This document shows, piece by piece, positions 46,378 through 64,000 of a stretch of DNA of 64,000 nucleotides. The notes beneath the pieces are model-generated. The model was given only the letters and a program-made list of their open reading frames with translations, was not told the origin of the DNA and ran no database searches. Source of the stretch: Amoebidium appalachense (Eukaryota > Protista > Ichthyosporea); assembly GCA_963693365.1 (NCBI GenBank), contig CAVNZM010000010.1, forward strand, positions 6,635,794-6,699,793, written 5' to 3'. Made by a program: the position numbers and the translations under genes. Every line of letters starts with the position of its first letter. Within the stretch, counting starts at the first letter, position 1.

Positions 46378-49154
46378 GAAGGAATGAGTGAAGGCAAGAT
46401 CGGATCATGTTGATATATATGTCTGAATGTGCGAACGTGAGTAGGCACCGATCGAGGTTGGGGAAGAGGTCAAGGAGACACGTTTGAAGCAGGCTAGGTT
46501 GTGGTTTAGTGACGATTACCGATGTGTGACGTTGTGTGAACCGCAAAGGTTTGGCTGCTTTGACCTGAGTAATGAACGAACACCCTTTGTTTTGTGACGG
46601 CACGAAGGCTTCCACGATTGTTGAGTGCTTTAACTAGCCTGTCAGTTGTGATAGTTTGCATATTGCCTGCGTTTTATTGATATGATAGCTATTGTGCATT
46701 TAATTTCGAAGAGTGGTTTTAGCAATGCTGTTTTCTTTGACAGCAAAAGGCCGTCTGTGACGGCTTTGTCGCACTTTTGGTTTGAAACTTTATGGCCGAG
46801 TATTAGTGAAGGAAGGCAAGCGCACAAACAATATAAAATTCTTTACTATGCTATGCTTTGGAAACGAGCACAACTAGCTGACAGAGAGTTCTCTCTTTGG
46901 GGCCGGTACCAATCTCTGAATGTGGCGGCAGGTGTGGAACTCTTGGGGCGTTAGACCTAAGTAAGCATATACTCCCCAGCCCTTTTTTCCAGAATGGCAA
47001 CACGGTTTGCACACGCACAAAACGCGGCCCTACTGACTCATACAAACCATTTAAGGTGCTCCTTGTGCTCGCGCGCGTACAATTGTTTCATTGATACAAA
47101 CACGTGAAAATGTACCCTTGCACGTTGTACAATTCAATTTACAATTCAAACGAACACCTGAACACAAAACAGGCAACACACAGCTTTATATAGCTATGCA
47201 AAACAACCCCGGGCCATACTGATTATCATTTTCAGAAATGTTGTGCACACACACAGACACGTACAAACATGCACACACTCTGCACAAGTACACAATACCC
47301 CCCCTCCCCCCCCCCTCCCACCCACCCAACCCCCCAAAACACCCGTCCCACCCCAACTCAACCACCCACCCACTCGCCGCATAAAACCGGCCACATTGGC
47401 GACGGGGGGGAAGGGAAAAGGGGAAGGGGGGAAACAGACTAATCGGGAGGGCCGCGCTACCTAAGAGTATTTTTCTTCACAAAAATATCATGCGTGCACA
47501 GCGATAATCCCTTTTCTAAGAAACACAGCATACATAAAGAGAATGATTGAGTTACTTACCCAAACGTTATACTAGGAGCTTCTGAACACCGGAAAAAAGC
47601 AGAGTTCACATAGAGGTCAAAAAGCTGCTACTGTAACAACAATTTACTGATTTTTTTCTCTTTATTCCCAGAGTGACAGTCATCGTCGAAGCAGTGGCTC
47701 GTTTTCTGTGGTATAAAAGCCCGTACAATTTTTCTGGGAAGGACAATTACACATTTTATATGTGGTGGTTTCCATGTCAGAAAAACCGTGTGTCAGTTAA
47801 TTTGGCTACTTCTATGAGTCGTCTACGTGTGCGTCGTGTGTGTGTATTTGTGTGATGTAACAACCAGGGACACAAAACTTCGAAGTGACTGTGTGCCGGC
47901 TGCAAACGACTCGCCAGGCCGGGGAGTCGATTCGGGTCAGGTTCAGGAACGTAAATTGGTTAATCTTCTTACACCCCAGCACAAGCCATATTTAAACATA
48001 GCCAATCAAAAAACAATAAAGCTGTATAAAGTCTGTTAACACACTTAAAATGAGTTGGAAAAATATCTAGAAAAAAATCATGCAAGTGCAAAACGTGTAA
48101 AAGACGGGGTTTTTGAGCAAGAATGCCAACTTCACGACTTGGCCCGCTCGAGCACACATGTTTCTTCAAAGTTCACGGCGCCAAGCCAACATCAGACAAA
48201 CGTTGAGAGGTCATTTTTTTGAAGGGTGAAAGCGAGGAGAAGGTTCGAACTGGTTTAGCAAGGTAACCACGGCTTCCGTTCGTTTGTTTGTGAATAGCAG
48301 ACTTTCTATTCTATGCGATGCAGATCTCGCATCCACTTAGCTTAGTGGAGTGATGAGTCGTTGGTGGAAAGGAGTTTAGTTCAACTCGTCGCTCTCTACA
48401 CAACCGTTTTAACAGCCCATGCAAGGGGTTCTCTTTTTATGGTGTGGAGGTTGCTGGGGGAATTCACAAGGCAGCGCATCGTCCTAATTATATTACTGTT
48501 CAAGCATCTGATATTTTTTCGTTAGTTGTCCCTGTGAGCGGTGTGGTCAGGCAGGGACTCTGCCCAGAGACATATACCTAGGTTTGTTCTATTTTTTGGA
48601 TGGTGGATAACAAGAAAGTTAGCATATAATCGTAGAAAAGTTGCTGACGATTTGGGGTGGACAGGGAAAGCGGCCGTTGGACGGCCATAGTCGGCACTGC
48701 CGCATTGAACCGGTAAGGCACTTTTTTTTTCTTTTTTCTTCTTTTTTTTTTTTTAGCTCTGATTCCCCTGTGGTTTGTTGCTGGGTTTTGAAGGCAACGT
48801 GTTTGTAGACCGGGGGGATATTACCGGTTCCTTTAGCCACGCTGTCCCTGCCATGAACGTGCTCCCTTTCCCGCCTTTTTTTTTTTGTCAAAGCATCTTA
48901 TTTCTCTCCCTGTCTCTCTTTCTCTCTCTCTCTCCTCCCTCTCCCCCTCTCCCGCCCCCTTCAGTTCATTCCCCCCCTTCCCCCCCTTCTTCTTCTCTTT
49001 CCCTTCGTGCTGGTTAAGGCGTTGCCGGTAGTGTTGTAGCACGGGGGCTTCTTGCGCAGATCTTCTGTGAAAGGGTTTGTCTCTCTGGGACAGGTAATTT
49101 GCATGGTCCGTTGTTCAAGCTTTCCCTGACCCTTTGCATGTTTCTGCAGCCATC

Positions 49155-64000
<14,846 letters not shown>

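Noticed and set aside
48225-48260. tRNA or B-box (GGTTCGAACT)
   Set aside because: No cloverleaf or A box can be built.

Overview
Eukaryotic, intron-rich DNA, probably from a unicellular opisthokont or holozoan (an inference from gene content and CTRAC-type branch points). Introns are packed with (CA)n, (GA)n and poly-G/poly-C tracts, so most of the supplied ORF track is low-complexity noise. Splice models built by hand give NUBPL/Ind1 (-, 9 exons, one GC-AG intron), a bacterial-type GNAT acetyltransferase (-, 4 exons), a type II membrane ENPP/NPP1 phosphodiesterase (+, 14 exons), an intronless LITAF protein (+) and the 5' part of PRP8 (+, runs off the window). Also present: a frameshifted fungal-type C2H2 zinc-finger gene, a very young non-autonomous Ty3/gypsy LTR element whose interior is saturated with ACGAA, and a MITE. 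The most notable signal is intronic structured RNA-like repeats. (i) A 452-bp unit family, with a diverged sister subfamily, contains a ~303-nt end-paired segment resembling 7SL/SRP RNA (Alu-domain and helix-5 motifs, remodelled S domain). It occurs as tandem, differently phased copies, always co-oriented with the host gene and usually joined at C-tracts. (ii) Three tandem H/ACA snoRNAs match SNORA13/snR35 (guide for the hypermodified 18S pseudouridine), and two diverged paralogues with an altered guide pocket lie next to the 7SL-like array in PRP8.
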